Shown here piece after piece: positions 1 through 9,796 of a stretch of 64,000 bases of DNA. Both the position numbers and the translations under genes were made by a program. Each line of letters starts with the position of its first letter. Positions within the stretch are counted from its first letter, which is position 1. The DNA is taken from positions 64,001 to 128,000 of the forward strand of contig CAWHOE010000053.1 of the NCBI GenBank assembly GCA_963830915.1, given 5' to 3'. The notes beneath the pieces were generated by a model. The model searched no databases and was not told where the DNA came from. It saw only the letters and a list, made by a program, of their open reading frames with translations. Origin of the DNA: a candidate division FCPU426 bacterium (lineage in GTDB: Bacteria; Oederibacteriota; Muellerivitia; Muellerivitales; Muellerivitaceae).

Positions 1-927
1 CCCACCCCTACGCCGACCAATTCCGCCACTCCAACCCTCACTTTTACGCCAACCTCGAGCAATACCAGGACTCTTACTCCCTCCCCAACCGCGACCAATA
101 CCCCCACCTCAACCATGACATGGACTGCCAGTTCAACCTCAACCCCCTCCATGACCCCAACACCCTCCGCAACCAATAGTTCGACCAACTCCATGACCAT
201 CACACCCACTCCCACGACCGCATCGTCCAGTAGCGCGACGATGACAATCTCCCAGACCCCTAGCCCAACATTAACTCCGACTGGGACTGCCAGCCCAACT
301 CCTACCGTCACTCCCACCACGACGCCCACTTTAACATCCACCGTTTCACCAACCCCGACGAACTCCCAGTCGTCCACCTCAACCTCTTCGAATACGTTCA
401 CTCCAACAAGTTCACCCACATTACCCCTAACGAATACCGCCACAAAAACCCGCACTCCAACCTGGACATCCACCCCTTCTCGGTCCCCAACACCCACAAT
501 GTCGAGTACCCCGACAAGCTCCATGACCACTACCCTCACCCCAAATACGACTAACTCTTCCACCCCGACGGCATTGATCTCATTAACCGCCACCCAGACC
601 CCAACGGAAACTTGTACGATCACCCAAACGGTCTTGATCGCCGCGACCTGGAATACCTGCCCCATCGAGGTATGGCCGAATCCCTTCGACCCGCCGCGAG
701 CTGTTGGGGAAGTTCTGAAGGTCTCCTGCCTGCCCCCTGGCGCTACTGTCGACTTCTACACTGTTTCAGGCGAAAAGGTCTGCCACGTCACGGAATATGA
801 CGGTCTAGCCCTTTGGGCAGGGGTGAACCTCTACGGCTCGCCCTGCTCGGATGGGATTTATTATTACTTGATCCTCTCGGGTGGGAACGTTCTCAAAGAA
901 GGAAAGATACTTTTAGTTCGTTATTGA
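1..927 (+). CDS. Thr/Pro/Ser-rich secreted protein with C-terminal T9SS-type-A-like/FlgD-Ig-like sorting domain (5' end outside window)
   Basis: Frame is open from base 1 (PTPTPTNSATPT...). C-terminus reads WPNPF...FYTVSGEKV...W.G.N..G...SDGIYYY...KILLVRY. Confidence 0.8.
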   Translation, partial: PTPTPTNSATPTLTFTPTSSNTRTLTPSPTATNTPTSTMTWTASSTSTPSMTPTPSATNSSTNSMTITPTPTTASSSSATMTISQTPSPTLTPTGTASPTPTVTPTTTPTLTSTVSPTPTNSQSSTSTSSNTFTPTSSPTLPLTNTATKTRTPTWTSTPSRSPTPTMSSTPTSSMTTTLTPNTTNSSTPTALISLTATQTPTETCTITQTVLIAATWNTCPIEVWPNPFDPPRAVGEVLKVSCLPPGATVDFYTVSGEKVCHVTEYDGLALWAGVNLYGSPCSDGIYYYLILSGGNVLKEGKILLVRY

Positions 928-1063
928 ACGTTGGTCGATAAAAACAGGGTTTAACCTTTCATCGAAAATATTGAAAACCCTTTCATGATTATTGTGTTGT
1001 TTAGACCTGCCACTATCCCCCAATATAACCGCTGTTCATGACAACTTTTTTCAGGAGTCCTTC

Positions 1064-2011
1064 ATGCAAACCCGCAAACTCGGCACTTCCGATCTGAACA
1101 TCACGTCCATTGGCATCGGCACTTGGGCCATCGGCGGGCCCGATGGTAATTACAATTGGGGTCCACAGAATGACCATGATTCCATCGCCGCCATCCACAA
1201 GGCCATTGACCTGGGCATCAATTGGGTCGACACGGCCCCAGCCTATGGAAAGGGACATTCGGAAGAAGTTGTAGGTAAAGCCTTGAAGGGTCTTTCCAAG
1301 AAACCCTATATCTTTACTAAGAATTCGCTGGTTTGGGGTGAGGCCAGGATCATCCGCAATAGCCTCAAGAAGGAGTCCATCCAAAAGGAATGTGAGGACA
1401 GCCTTCGGCGCCTTGGCGTGGAGGCCCTGGATTTGTGGCAGATCCATTGGCCCAATCCTGACCGGGATATCGAGGAAGGCTGGGCTGAAATGGCCAAACT
1501 CCAGAAAGCGGGCAAGGTTCGATGGTTAGGGGTATCCAATTTCAGTCCTTCCCAAATGGACCGCGCCAAAGCCATCGCCCCCATCGTTTCCCTCCAACCG
1601 CCTTACTCGGCCATCCGCCGGGATATCGAGAAGGACATCCTTCCTTATTGCGCCAAGGAGAATATCGGCGTCATCGTTTATTCACCCATGCAGGCGGGCC
1701 TTTTAAGCGGACGAATGACGAAGGAAAGGATCAAGAACCTGCCAGAAGGTGATTGGCGGGGCCGGGACTCAAACTTCCAAGAGCCGAAATTGACAAATAA
1801 CCTGGCCCTTCAGGAAGCCTTCGCAAAGATCGCCAAGCATCACAATCATCAGGCGGGCGTGGCGGCTTTGGCCTGGGTCTTAAGGAAAAGTGAGGTGACT
1901 GGAGCTATTGTGGGTGTTCGCGACGCCAAGCAGGTGGAGGAACTAGCCCCAGCGCTTGAATTCCGTCTTAAATCGGATGAATTGAGTGAGATCGAAGGGT
2001 TTCTTTCATAA
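1064..2011 (+). CDS. Aldo/keto reductase
   Basis: MQTRKLG...IGIGTWAIGG, DTAPAYG.G.SEE, DLWQIHWP, GVSNFS, YSPMQAGLLSG motifs; AGGAG SD at 1053-1057. Confidence 0.93.
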   Translation: MQTRKLGTSDLNITSIGIGTWAIGGPDGNYNWGPQNDHDSIAAIHKAIDLGINWVDTAPAYGKGHSEEVVGKALKGLSKKPYIFTKNSLVWGEARIIRNSLKKESIQKECEDSLRRLGVEALDLWQIHWPNPDRDIEEGWAEMAKLQKAGKVRWLGVSNFSPSQMDRAKAIAPIVSLQPPYSAIRRDIEKDILPYCAKENIGVIVYSPMQAGLLSGRMTKERIKNLPEGDWRGRDSNFQEPKLTNNLALQEAFAKIAKHHNHQAGVAALAWVLRKSEVTGAIVGVRDAKQVEELAPALEFRLKSDELSEIEGFLS

Positions 2012-2294
2012 CAAAAACTCGTGTCCTGGTCAGAAGATAATTTATGACACTCAGTTTTTGAACGGGTAATTTTCTTTTTTTAGGTGAGGGCGAAACCTGC
2101 TTCGCACCTCTATTGGCCGTTCCGGCGATCTTGCGGCCACCCCTGGTTTTCTTGGTATGGCGGCCCATGGCATGGTCTTTTTCGTAATCCTGGAGCATCT
2201 GGGGTTTAACTATTCCATTGGTCGTTTGAGCCAAAGCCATCGGGCCTAAAGACATAACCATCAGCGTTAGCACCCCCAACAGTATCTTTTTCAT
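1968..2294 (-). CDS. Small basic hypothetical protein with signal peptide
   Basis: MKKILLGVLTLMVMSLGPMALAQ is a typical Sec signal. The 3' end overlaps the convergent AKR gene, so the C-terminus is uncertain. Confidence 0.5.
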   Translation of the reverse strand: MKKILLGVLTLMVMSLGPMALAQTTNGIVKPQMLQDYEKDHAMGRHTKKTRGGRKIAGTANRGAKQVSPSPKKRKLPVQKLSVINYLLTRTRVFVMKETLRSHSIHPI

Positions 2295-2346
2295 GTTTTC
2301 ATCTCCCGGGATGGGTTTACGTGCCATCCGTTCTTTGGTTTGAACA

Positions 2347-3999
2347 TCAATTCACGGTGCATCCATCGCCCGTAAGCGTCGCTTCCTCGGTCGGCACATT
2401 GCTATTCCCAAGTGGATTGCCGGTTTTAACAGAGATAGTCGCGTGATTGGTTCCAAGCCCCGTGTTGCTGACAAGAGCCGCCAAATCCTGGATCAGGTTG
2501 TATTCCAGGCCCAGGTCGGTCAGATTCGTCAAGCCGGTCAAGGGCGTGAGATCAACGATCTGGTTGGTAGCGAGATCAAGATAGGTCAATGCCGTCAATC
2601 CGGACAAGGGAGCGAGGTTACTGATCTGGTTGTCATAGAGATCCAGGTCGGTCAACAGGGTCATCCCGGACAGGGGAGCGATATTGCTGATCTGGTTTTC
2701 ATAAAGAAAAAGGGTATTCAATTGCGTCATCCCGGACAGGGGTGTGATGTCGCTGATCTGGTTGTTGTCCAGTATCAATATTTGCATTTGCGTCATGTTG
2801 GTCAAGGGCGTGAGGTCACTGATCTTGGTAGAATCAAGCCAAAGCATGGTCATCTGCGTCATCCCCGAAAGGATGGAGAAGTCGCTTATCTGATTATCAC
2901 TAAGATATAAACGACTCATGAGCGTCATCCCGGACAGGGCCGCGATGGAGGTGATCTGGTCGTTGTTAAGGGAAAGTTCGGTCAGTAATGTCATGTTCGT
3001 TAAGGGAGTGATATCACTGATCGGGTTGTGGTTTAGACCTAGATCGGTTAATTTCGTCAAACCGGCCAGGGCTGTGATGGTGGAAATATTGTTTCCGTTG
3101 AGGTCCAAATCGCTCAAATGCGTCAACCCGGCCAGAAATGAGACATCGCTGATCTGGTTGGAAGCTAGGGATAAAAGGTTCAGTTGGGTCATGCCTGACA
3201 AAGGCGAAATATTGTTGATTTGGTTGTTATCGATCTCCAGCCATTGCATTTGGGTCATCCCGGTCAGGGCCGTGATATCGCTGATCTGGTTGTTATCCAG
3301 TTCCAGATAGTTCAATTGCGTCAGCCCGGATAGGGGCTCGAGATAGCTGATCTGGTTTTTATAAAGATCCAAGGAGGTTAACCCGGTGAGATTGCTGAGG
3401 GGGGTGAGGTCGGTAATATCGTTCGATTCCAGTTCCAGCGTGGTCAAGGCGGTGCAATATTCCAGGCCTTCCAAGCTAGTTATGTTAACGCTGTTGGCGG
3501 TCAAACTAGTGATGGTAGCCATGTCGCAAGAAGTGATGGTGTCCGCTACGCTCGCGATGATATGGTTTGTGATCAACACGCTTTGAACGGCCGCTAAAAG
3601 GTTGGGGTCCGGGATATTCACCGCGGCCGAGGTACAGGTGCCCACCGGGGTTATCGTCGCGGTCAAGGTGTTCGTGGCCGTAGATGTCGAGGTGCATGTG
3701 CTGGTGCTGGTATTCGTGCGGGTATTGGTCGGGGTAAAGGTGGCTGTCGGTGTTTCCGTATTGGTGGGAGTACTGGTAATGGTTGGTGTGCAGGTTTTGG
3801 TGGGTGTATAAGTGATCGTCGGGGTAAAGGTGATCGTGGGCGTCAGGGTGATGGTCGGGGAGTTGGTGGGCGCGAACACCGCCACAGGCGAGGCGGGGTT
3901 TTGGTTCCCTGAACCACAAGAAGTCACGATGGCAAGGACCGGAATCAGCGAAGCGAAGGATAAAACCAGGTTGAGCGTTCCAAAAGAGCGAGATCTCAT
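2347..3999 (-). CDS. Internalin-like leucine-rich-repeat lipoprotein with Thr/Pro linker
   Basis: Lipobox-like IVTS-C, T/P-rich linker, IPDPNL cap, then about 16 22-aa repeats LxxLxLxxNxIsDlxPLxxLT. Confidence 0.9.
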   Translation of the reverse strand: MRSRSFGTLNLVLSFASLIPVLAIVTSCGSGNQNPASPVAVFAPTNSPTITLTPTITFTPTITYTPTKTCTPTITSTPTNTETPTATFTPTNTRTNTSTSTCTSTSTATNTLTATITPVGTCTSAAVNIPDPNLLAAVQSVLITNHIIASVADTITSCDMATITSLTANSVNITSLEGLEYCTALTTLELESNDITDLTPLSNLTGLTSLDLYKNQISYLEPLSGLTQLNYLELDNNQISDITALTGMTQMQWLEIDNNQINNISPLSGMTQLNLLSLASNQISDVSFLAGLTHLSDLDLNGNNISTITALAGLTKLTDLGLNHNPISDITPLTNMTLLTELSLNNDQITSIAALSGMTLMSRLYLSDNQISDFSILSGMTQMTMLWLDSTKISDLTPLTNMTQMQILILDNNQISDITPLSGMTQLNTLFLYENQISNIAPLSGMTLLTDLDLYDNQISNLAPLSGLTALTYLDLATNQIVDLTPLTGLTNLTDLGLEYNLIQDLAALVSNTGLGTNHATISVKTGNPLGNSNVPTEEATLTGDGCTVN

Positions 4000-4132
4000 A
4001 AAAACGCCTCTCGGCCCAATGACTCTCCCCGGATCATTAAAGGCGGCTCGAATTTAAACGGACATTAAAAGTTTACCACGGTCTCTTAAAACCACTAAAA
4101 AATCCAAAAACCCGCTTCATCGGCCCAACCCA

Positions 4133-5317
4133 TCACAACCCGAAGCGAACCCCCGCCAATATCGGAACGTCCTGCCCAGTAACGTTTGAAAAGAATATAA
4201 GATTGTATCTTCCCTCGATTAAAACATAGATCCTATCCGCAACTGGGACCTCCACTCCTGCCCCTATGACCGCATCCAGGTTCTGGATGGTCGTACTGCC
4301 GGGAGCCGAGGATAGGATCTCCAGGTCGCCTCCGACACCAACCGATAGATAGGGCCGGAATCCCGGTCCATTGAAACTGTAACGGACAGAGGGCAGAACG
4401 AGAACCGCGATATCGGAGATGGAACCCGAATAATTGGTCCCAGAGAAGTAAAAACTTTCCGCGTCCAGTTGGACCGACAATGACTTGTTGATTTCATAAC
4501 CAACGCCAATACTCCCTCCCGGGCCCCGATTGTAGGCGGGTTGCCAATTCTTGACCGGCAGGTCTATCCCGCCCCCAGCCACCAGATAGAAGGGGCTTGG
4601 TGGATTTTCTTCTTCCGATTTCGAGCCCTCCGAATCGTTGGGCGTCTCCGCCGCGGAAACGGCCTGGTTCTCGGCAAGCTGGCTGGGGAATACGGCCTCC
4701 ACAGCTTTGGTCGGCGGTCCTTCCAGCCCGTCCTTCGACAACGCCGTCAGGATAAATCGATATGTCTTGTCCCTCTTGACCTTGCCCAGAAACACCTGGT
4801 TATCGGTCAGCGGTGCGGCGGAAAGTTTCCGCGAAGGTTTACCGGTGTCATCGGCCAAATAGAGATTGAAACCTGATACTAAAGCCGGGTCGGCTTTGTC
4901 CCAGGTCAATTGGATACCAGTATCCGTCGCTTCCGCCCTGAAACCCTGGGGCGTTGAAAACGCGGAGGCTTTCTCGGTCACAGTCAAGCTGTTCATGGGG
5001 CTTTCCACACCCGAGGGATCGACCGTTGATACCGCAAATTGATATTCCTCCCCTGTCCGCAAATGTTTCAATTTGACCGAGGTTTCTGTAATAGGTTGGG
5101 ACGTGATCAGGACAAAATCATTTGTGCCCGGGCGCTTAACATAAACGTTGTAACCTTTGATATTCGAGAGTGTGGACGCGTCCCAGCTTAAAAGCAAACC
5201 ATCTGCCGTGAAGCTGGACTGGAAATTGGCGGGAGCGGGTGTTTGGGCTTTGGTAAAGGTGGGCAGGCTGAAGAGAAGGATGCCAAAGATCAGATACCGC
5301 ATGGGGTTCATTATCAA
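4133..5317 (-). CDS. Fibronectin type III domain + outer-membrane beta-barrel fusion protein
   Basis: Signal peptide; two FN3 units (LSWDAS...GYNVY...YQFAVSTVD..G.ES and LTWD...GFNLY...YRFILTA..KDG.EG); C-terminal amphipathic strands (GVGYE, RPYLSVGVG, EGRY, GVRFGL). Confidence 0.75.
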   Translation of the reverse strand: MIMNPMRYLIFGILLFSLPTFTKAQTPAPANFQSSFTADGLLLSWDASTLSNIKGYNVYVKRPGTNDFVLITSQPITETSVKLKHLRTGEEYQFAVSTVDPSGVESPMNSLTVTEKASAFSTPQGFRAEATDTGIQLTWDKADPALVSGFNLYLADDTGKPSRKLSAAPLTDNQVFLGKVKRDKTYRFILTALSKDGLEGPPTKAVEAVFPSQLAENQAVSAAETPNDSEGSKSEEENPPSPFYLVAGGGIDLPVKNWQPAYNRGPGGSIGVGYEINKSLSVQLDAESFYFSGTNYSGSISDIAVLVLPSVRYSFNGPGFRPYLSVGVGGDLEILSSAPGSTTIQNLDAVIGAGVEVPVADRIYVLIEGRYNLIFFSNVTGQDVPILAGVRFGL

Positions 5318-5437
5318 TCTCCCATACCGAGATTTATTCCAGCTGAAAAATAAAAAACCGGATCCGATTAGACGATTGAAACGCTTTATGCCACCATGAT
5401 AAGCGTTTCAGGTTTGTCTTTCAGCCCAATTCTTCGC

Positions 5438-8400
5438 CTATCTCAAGACCAACAATTTACTGATAGATCGGCCCTGACTAGTGTTGACCACAACATAATA
5501 TATTCCATTGGAAAGGGGTTTGCCCCATCGGTCATTCAGAGAAAGAGGGATATCGGCTCCTGGCGAAACTTTCGTATAGATCGTTTCCTGCGCTTTCCTG
5601 AACGCCAGGGTGAAAAGCTGAATCTTCACGGTCGAGATACCCAGAAAAGCCGGCAACCTGATCTTGACCGGGACGGTGCCATCGACGGGGTTGGGATAAA
5701 TGACTGGCACGGTCAGGGGCACGGGAGTCAAGGTCAATGTGACCGTGGGGCTGTAGGTGAGAGTAAGGGTATTGGTCGGAACTCCCGTAGCAGTGTCAGT
5801 GAATGTGTTAGTGCAGGTGGGAGAATTAGTGTAAGTAAAGGTCGTTGTCGGGGACAAAGTCACCGTGGGGGTCAACGTATAGGTCGAAGTGTAAGTAAGG
5901 GTCGGACTGTTCGTTAACGTGCAAGTATCAGTCGCGGATGGTGAGTTGGTTGGGGTGAACGAGGGTGTGGGGGAAAGGGACGGGGTCGCTGTCAGGGTCA
6001 GAGTGGACGTAAAACTGCTGGTCTCGCTATTGGTAGCGGTGAAAGTATCGGTGATCGTGGCGGAATTGGTCGGGGACAAGGTTTGGGTCGGGGTCTTGGA
6101 CGGCGTCGGAGTGAACGACTGGGCGGGCGTCATGGTATCGGTCGGTGTCAAAGTCGGTGTGGCGGAATTGGTAGGTGTGGAGGTAATGGGCAGAGTAAAT
6201 GTGCTGGAAGTGGTCATTGTGTTCGTTGGTGTGAAAGTGGCGGTAAATGTTGCCGTATTGGTAGGGGTCAAGGATGGTGTAAATGTGGGCGTTCCCGTAA
6301 AAGTTTTCGTGGTCGTCGGAGTCGGCGTCGATGTGGGTGCCCCGGTGGTGGCGGTCGGCGTAGGTGTTGATGTTGTATTCGGCAACATCCAAACCCCGCC
6401 CCCAAAAGTTCCGACATACATCGCGTTATTCCCGAAGTTGACATGCTGTATGGAACTGAAGGGGACGGTGGTCACCCTGTTCCATGTATTGCCGTCATCG
6501 GCAGACTTGAAAAAACCCTGGTTCTCGGTCCCGTAATAGACGGTATTGGGATTATTGGGGTCAATGCTTGGGGCGTATCCATAGGGTGTATGGCCGGGAG
6601 GCATGGCCATGAGGATCCAACCGGTTCCCCCGTTGGTCGTGCGGTAACACCCTCCCTGCTGTTGATTGGCCAAGGCCGTACCCCAAACATCCTGGGCCGC
6701 GACAAAGATAGTCGCTGGGTTGGAGGGGTTTACGTCGAAATCCGTGGGGTAATAAAGGGGCACTCCGCCGGTCACGTTGGTGGCCAAGTTGCCCCAGGTG
6801 ACCCCTCCGTTTCCGGAAACGAAGATCCCGCCCGGGTTGGCGAAACCTGATTTGCCCGATAGAAGACAGTAGAGGTTGCTTCCGATCAGTTTCAGGGAAT
6901 ACACGTTCTTGTTCGTCCCTATTACTGGCTGGGTGGCGCAGGCGGTCCAGTTATTCCCCGTGGTGTCCGATTTATAGACCCCCTGCCCCCACATAGCCAC
7001 GTAGAAGATATTGTTCACCGGGTCGTAAACAATGGAAGTGGCAGGCGAGGAAGGCAGGCCGGTGGCCGACTTGGTCCAGGTGCCGCCGTAATTGGTGCTC
7101 TTGATCACGCCACCTACCCCAGTCTTGCCCAATGGATTGGAATGGTCCAGGTCATGAAGGCTGGAGACCGCCGCGAAGACCGTGCCAGCAGTCGTATTGA
7201 AGGCCACGTGGTAGAAGGTTTCGGTCCAGTTTGAGGGGAAGGAACCGTCGTTACGCCTAGCCGTGTTATGCCAGGTCGTTCCCGTGTCCGAGGAATAGCA
7301 AAAGCCGATATCCGAAGCGCAGATGTAATTATAGTTGGGCGTGTTCGGGTCGAAAGCGTACTGGAAAACACTGGTGACCTCCAGACCCCGCGAGGACCAG
7401 GCCTGGCCCTGGGAGGGCGGCGGCGTCCCTGCGAAAGTGGAATAGGCCTCCGTCCAGCTCACGCCCGCCGTGTCGCTCTTGAAGGTTTCTCCCAGGTCGC
7501 TGAACATCACCTGGCTGGAATTAGCGGGGTTCACTCCCAGCCCATCCACTGGCGAGCCCCATCCAGAAAAACTCAGATCAAAGTCGACCCATCCGTCAAA
7601 GAGATTGGCCACGGGCGAGACATCCGTAAATACCTTGGCCCAGGCGCCGCCCCCGTTCACGGTCTGCCAAACGTCCCGATTGGAACTGTTCGTGGCGTAG
7701 GCGGTGTTGATGTCGTTGTCCGAGCTGGCCACCATGGCGAAGGTATCGGCGGAACTGGATAGGGCCCAGGCCGAGGCGTTGGTGGATGTATAGATATGGT
7801 TGTTGTTCCCGTCGATGGCGAAAAGATTGGTTCCTCCGGCCGCGCCGGTGCTGGCTCCCGCGAAACTCAGAACGTTAGCCGGGGTAGACAATCCGGTGTT
7901 GGCGGCGGCCCAGGTATTGCCCCCGTCGGTGGATTTGAAAACCCCGGCGGAAGTTCCCACGTAGCAGACGCGGGTAGCCACCGGGCTGGATTGGTCCACC
8001 ATGAAACCGCTCACGTAACCGGAGGTACCGGTTGTCGCTAAGAAGCTAGTGCCACCGTTGATACTTCGCCAGACGCCGTTATCCGTCCCGATCAGGATGA
8101 AGTTGGGGTTTCCCCTGTCCAGGTAAATGAGCGTGATGCGTCCGCCGGTGTTTCCCCAGGTTGGCCAGGGTCCCGGATTAGCCCCGGAAACGATGGACCA
8201 GGTCAGTCCCCCGTCGTTGCTGACTAGAAGGTTGGGGCTATTGAGCTGGGTGTCCTGCTGGGCCCCAAAACCGTAAACGATATTAGCGTTGGTGGGATGG
8301 AAGGCCATGGGGCACATCACCCCATCGTTGTAGCTGTAGTCCACCGCGGTGCTGATCTGGTAGAAATCCAGCATGTTCCAGGTATTTCCACCGTCCGCGC

Positions 8401-8578
8401 TTCGGTACCAACCCGACATGTCGCATCCGACGAAACGAATGTTGGAATTCACGGGTGAAATGGAGGGTGCGTACTCAGCCCCTCCTCCTCCCATGCCCAC
8501 CGTTGTCCATGTCTGGGCAAACACAAATCCAGGGCCTAGAAGAACACAAAGGAGGGGCAGGTAGTGGGTTCGTTTCAT
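5438..8578 (-). CDS. BNR/Asp-box double beta-propeller (GH74/VPS10-like) secreted protein with Thr/Pro linker and T9SS-like CTD
   Basis: Signal peptide, many S.DGG.TW Asp-boxes, T/P linker, C-terminal YPNP...FTLAFRK...GIYY...KLLVLR. Confidence 0.85.
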   Translation of the reverse strand: MKRTHYLPLLCVLLGPGFVFAQTWTTVGMGGGGAEYAPSISPVNSNIRFVGCDMSGWYRSADGGNTWNMLDFYQISTAVDYSYNDGVMCPMAFHPTNANIVYGFGAQQDTQLNSPNLLVSNDGGLTWSIVSGANPGPWPTWGNTGGRITLIYLDRGNPNFILIGTDNGVWRSINGGTSFLATTGTSGYVSGFMVDQSSPVATRVCYVGTSAGVFKSTDGGNTWAAANTGLSTPANVLSFAGASTGAAGGTNLFAIDGNNNHIYTSTNASAWALSSSADTFAMVASSDNDINTAYATNSSNRDVWQTVNGGGAWAKVFTDVSPVANLFDGWVDFDLSFSGWGSPVDGLGVNPANSSQVMFSDLGETFKSDTAGVSWTEAYSTFAGTPPPSQGQAWSSRGLEVTSVFQYAFDPNTPNYNYICASDIGFCYSSDTGTTWHNTARRNDGSFPSNWTETFYHVAFNTTAGTVFAAVSSLHDLDHSNPLGKTGVGGVIKSTNYGGTWTKSATGLPSSPATSIVYDPVNNIFYVAMWGQGVYKSDTTGNNWTACATQPVIGTNKNVYSLKLIGSNLYCLLSGKSGFANPGGIFVSGNGGVTWGNLATNVTGGVPLYYPTDFDVNPSNPATIFVAAQDVWGTALANQQQGGCYRTTNGGTGWILMAMPPGHTPYGYAPSIDPNNPNTVYYGTENQGFFKSADDGNTWNRVTTVPFSSIQHVNFGNNAMYVGTFGGGVWMLPNTTSTPTPTATTGAPTSTPTPTTTKTFTGTPTFTPSLTPTNTATFTATFTPTNTMTTSSTFTLPITSTPTNSATPTLTPTDTMTPAQSFTPTPSKTPTQTLSPTNSATITDTFTATNSETSSFTSTLTLTATPSLSPTPSFTPTNSPSATDTCTLTNSPTLTYTSTYTLTPTVTLSPTTTFTYTNSPTCTNTFTDTATGVPTNTLTLTYSPTVTLTLTPVPLTVPVIYPNPVDGTVPVKIRLPAFLGISTVKIQLFTLAFRKAQETIYTKVSPGADIPLSLNDRWGKPLSNGIYYVVVNTSQGRSISKLLVLR

Positions 8579-8692
8579 TGATAAAAATATACCACTTGCT
8601 ATGGTTTAGGGGGTTAAGACGAAGGCAAATAAGGATAAAGATTGACTGCCATTATTGTTTTATCAGAAAAAAACGCGGAATTGAGTTTGGTC

Positions 8693-9796
8693 TCAACTAA
8701 AAGCGTTGTTCAGTTTTTCCATCTTTTCCATGTTCAACTCTTTTTCCATCGCCGCCTGGAACTTCCTCTTGTCATTAGCCTTTAGATAAGCTTCCCGGGC
8801 AGTGATCTTGCCCTTTTGGTAGAAGTTCGTCAGGCACATATCCATGGTCTGCATGCCCTGACCGCTGTTCATCTCTATGAGCGAATCGATACCAGAAACC
8901 TTACCTGTCCTGATCAGGTTCGGGAGACTTCGGTCATAAGTAAGTACCTCAACCGCGGCGCAACGGCCCTTGCCGTCCTTGGTCGGGCACAACTGCTGGG
9001 CGACGATACCCTTCATGGTGGCGGCCAGGGCGTCCCGAGCCTTGGCCCTCTCATCGGCTGGATAGACGTTGATGATGCGGTCGATGGTCTTGGAAGAGGA
9101 ATTGGTGTGCAGGGTCGCCAGGACCAAGATGCCCATTTCGGCCGCAGCAATGACCATGGAAATGGTCTCATAATCGCGCATTTCTCCCACCAGGATGATA
9201 TCAGGGTCCTGCCTCATGGACGACCTCAGCGCCGCCTTGAAGGAATGGGTATCGTTATGCACCTCGCGTTGGGTAATCTTGCACTTCTTCATCACATGGA
9301 CGAACTCAATGGGGTCCTCGATGGTCAGGACGTTGGCTTCACGGGTGTTGTTGATCTCGTCGATCATAGCGGCAAGGGTCGTGCTTTTGCCACTTCCCGT
9401 GGGGCCGGTGATGAGCATCAGACCCCGTTTCATCTTGCACATTTCACGGATCACCGGGGGCAGTCCCAAATCTTCAAGTGAGAGGATCTTGGTGGGAATG
9501 GTTCGGAAAACAGCGGCGACCCCCTGCTGGTTGAAAAAAACGTTGCACCGATAACGGGCGATTCCCTCCGCCTCGTAGGCATAATCATAATCGTGTTTCT
9601 GCCAGCACAATTCCCATTGTTCCTGGGTCATGGTCTCATAGACCAAGGTCATGATCTCATCTTCCGTAAATACCTTGTCACTCAAGGGAACTAGGTCTCC
9701 CCGAACCCGAATCAGGGGCGGATTGCCGATGGTCAAGTGCATATCGGAGGCTTTGAGGTCGGCCATGGCCTGAAAGAGCTTGTCGATCTCTTTCAT
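8693..9796 (-). CDS. pilT: Type IV pilus retraction ATPase PilT/PilU family
   Basis: ASDMHL, GPTGSGKSTT, TIEDPIE, RQDPDIILVGEMRD, TLHT, GMQTMD. Confidence 0.93.
   Translation of the reverse strand: MKEIDKLFQAMADLKASDMHLTIGNPPLIRVRGDLVPLSDKVFTEDEIMTLVYETMTQEQWELCWQKHDYDYAYEAEGIARYRCNVFFNQQGVAAVFRTIPTKILSLEDLGLPPVIREMCKMKRGLMLITGPTGSGKSTTLAAMIDEINNTREANVLTIEDPIEFVHVMKKCKITQREVHNDTHSFKAALRSSMRQDPDIILVGEMRDYETISMVIAAAEMGILVLATLHTNSSSKTIDRIINVYPADERAKARDALAATMKGIVAQQLCPTKDGKGRCAAVEVLTYDRSLPNLIRTGKVSGIDSLIEMNSGQGMQTMDMCLTNFYQKGKITAREAYLKANDKRKFQAAMEKELNMEKMEKLNNAFS

Noticed and set aside
2500..3480. 66-bp periodic DNA repeats (GCTGATCTGGTT...)
   Set aside because: Fully explained by the 22-aa LRR coding repeats.
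5919..6536. Val/Gly-rich ORFs (also 3602-4057, 21654-21950, 42781-43011)
   Set aside because: Antisense shadows of Thr/Pro codon runs.
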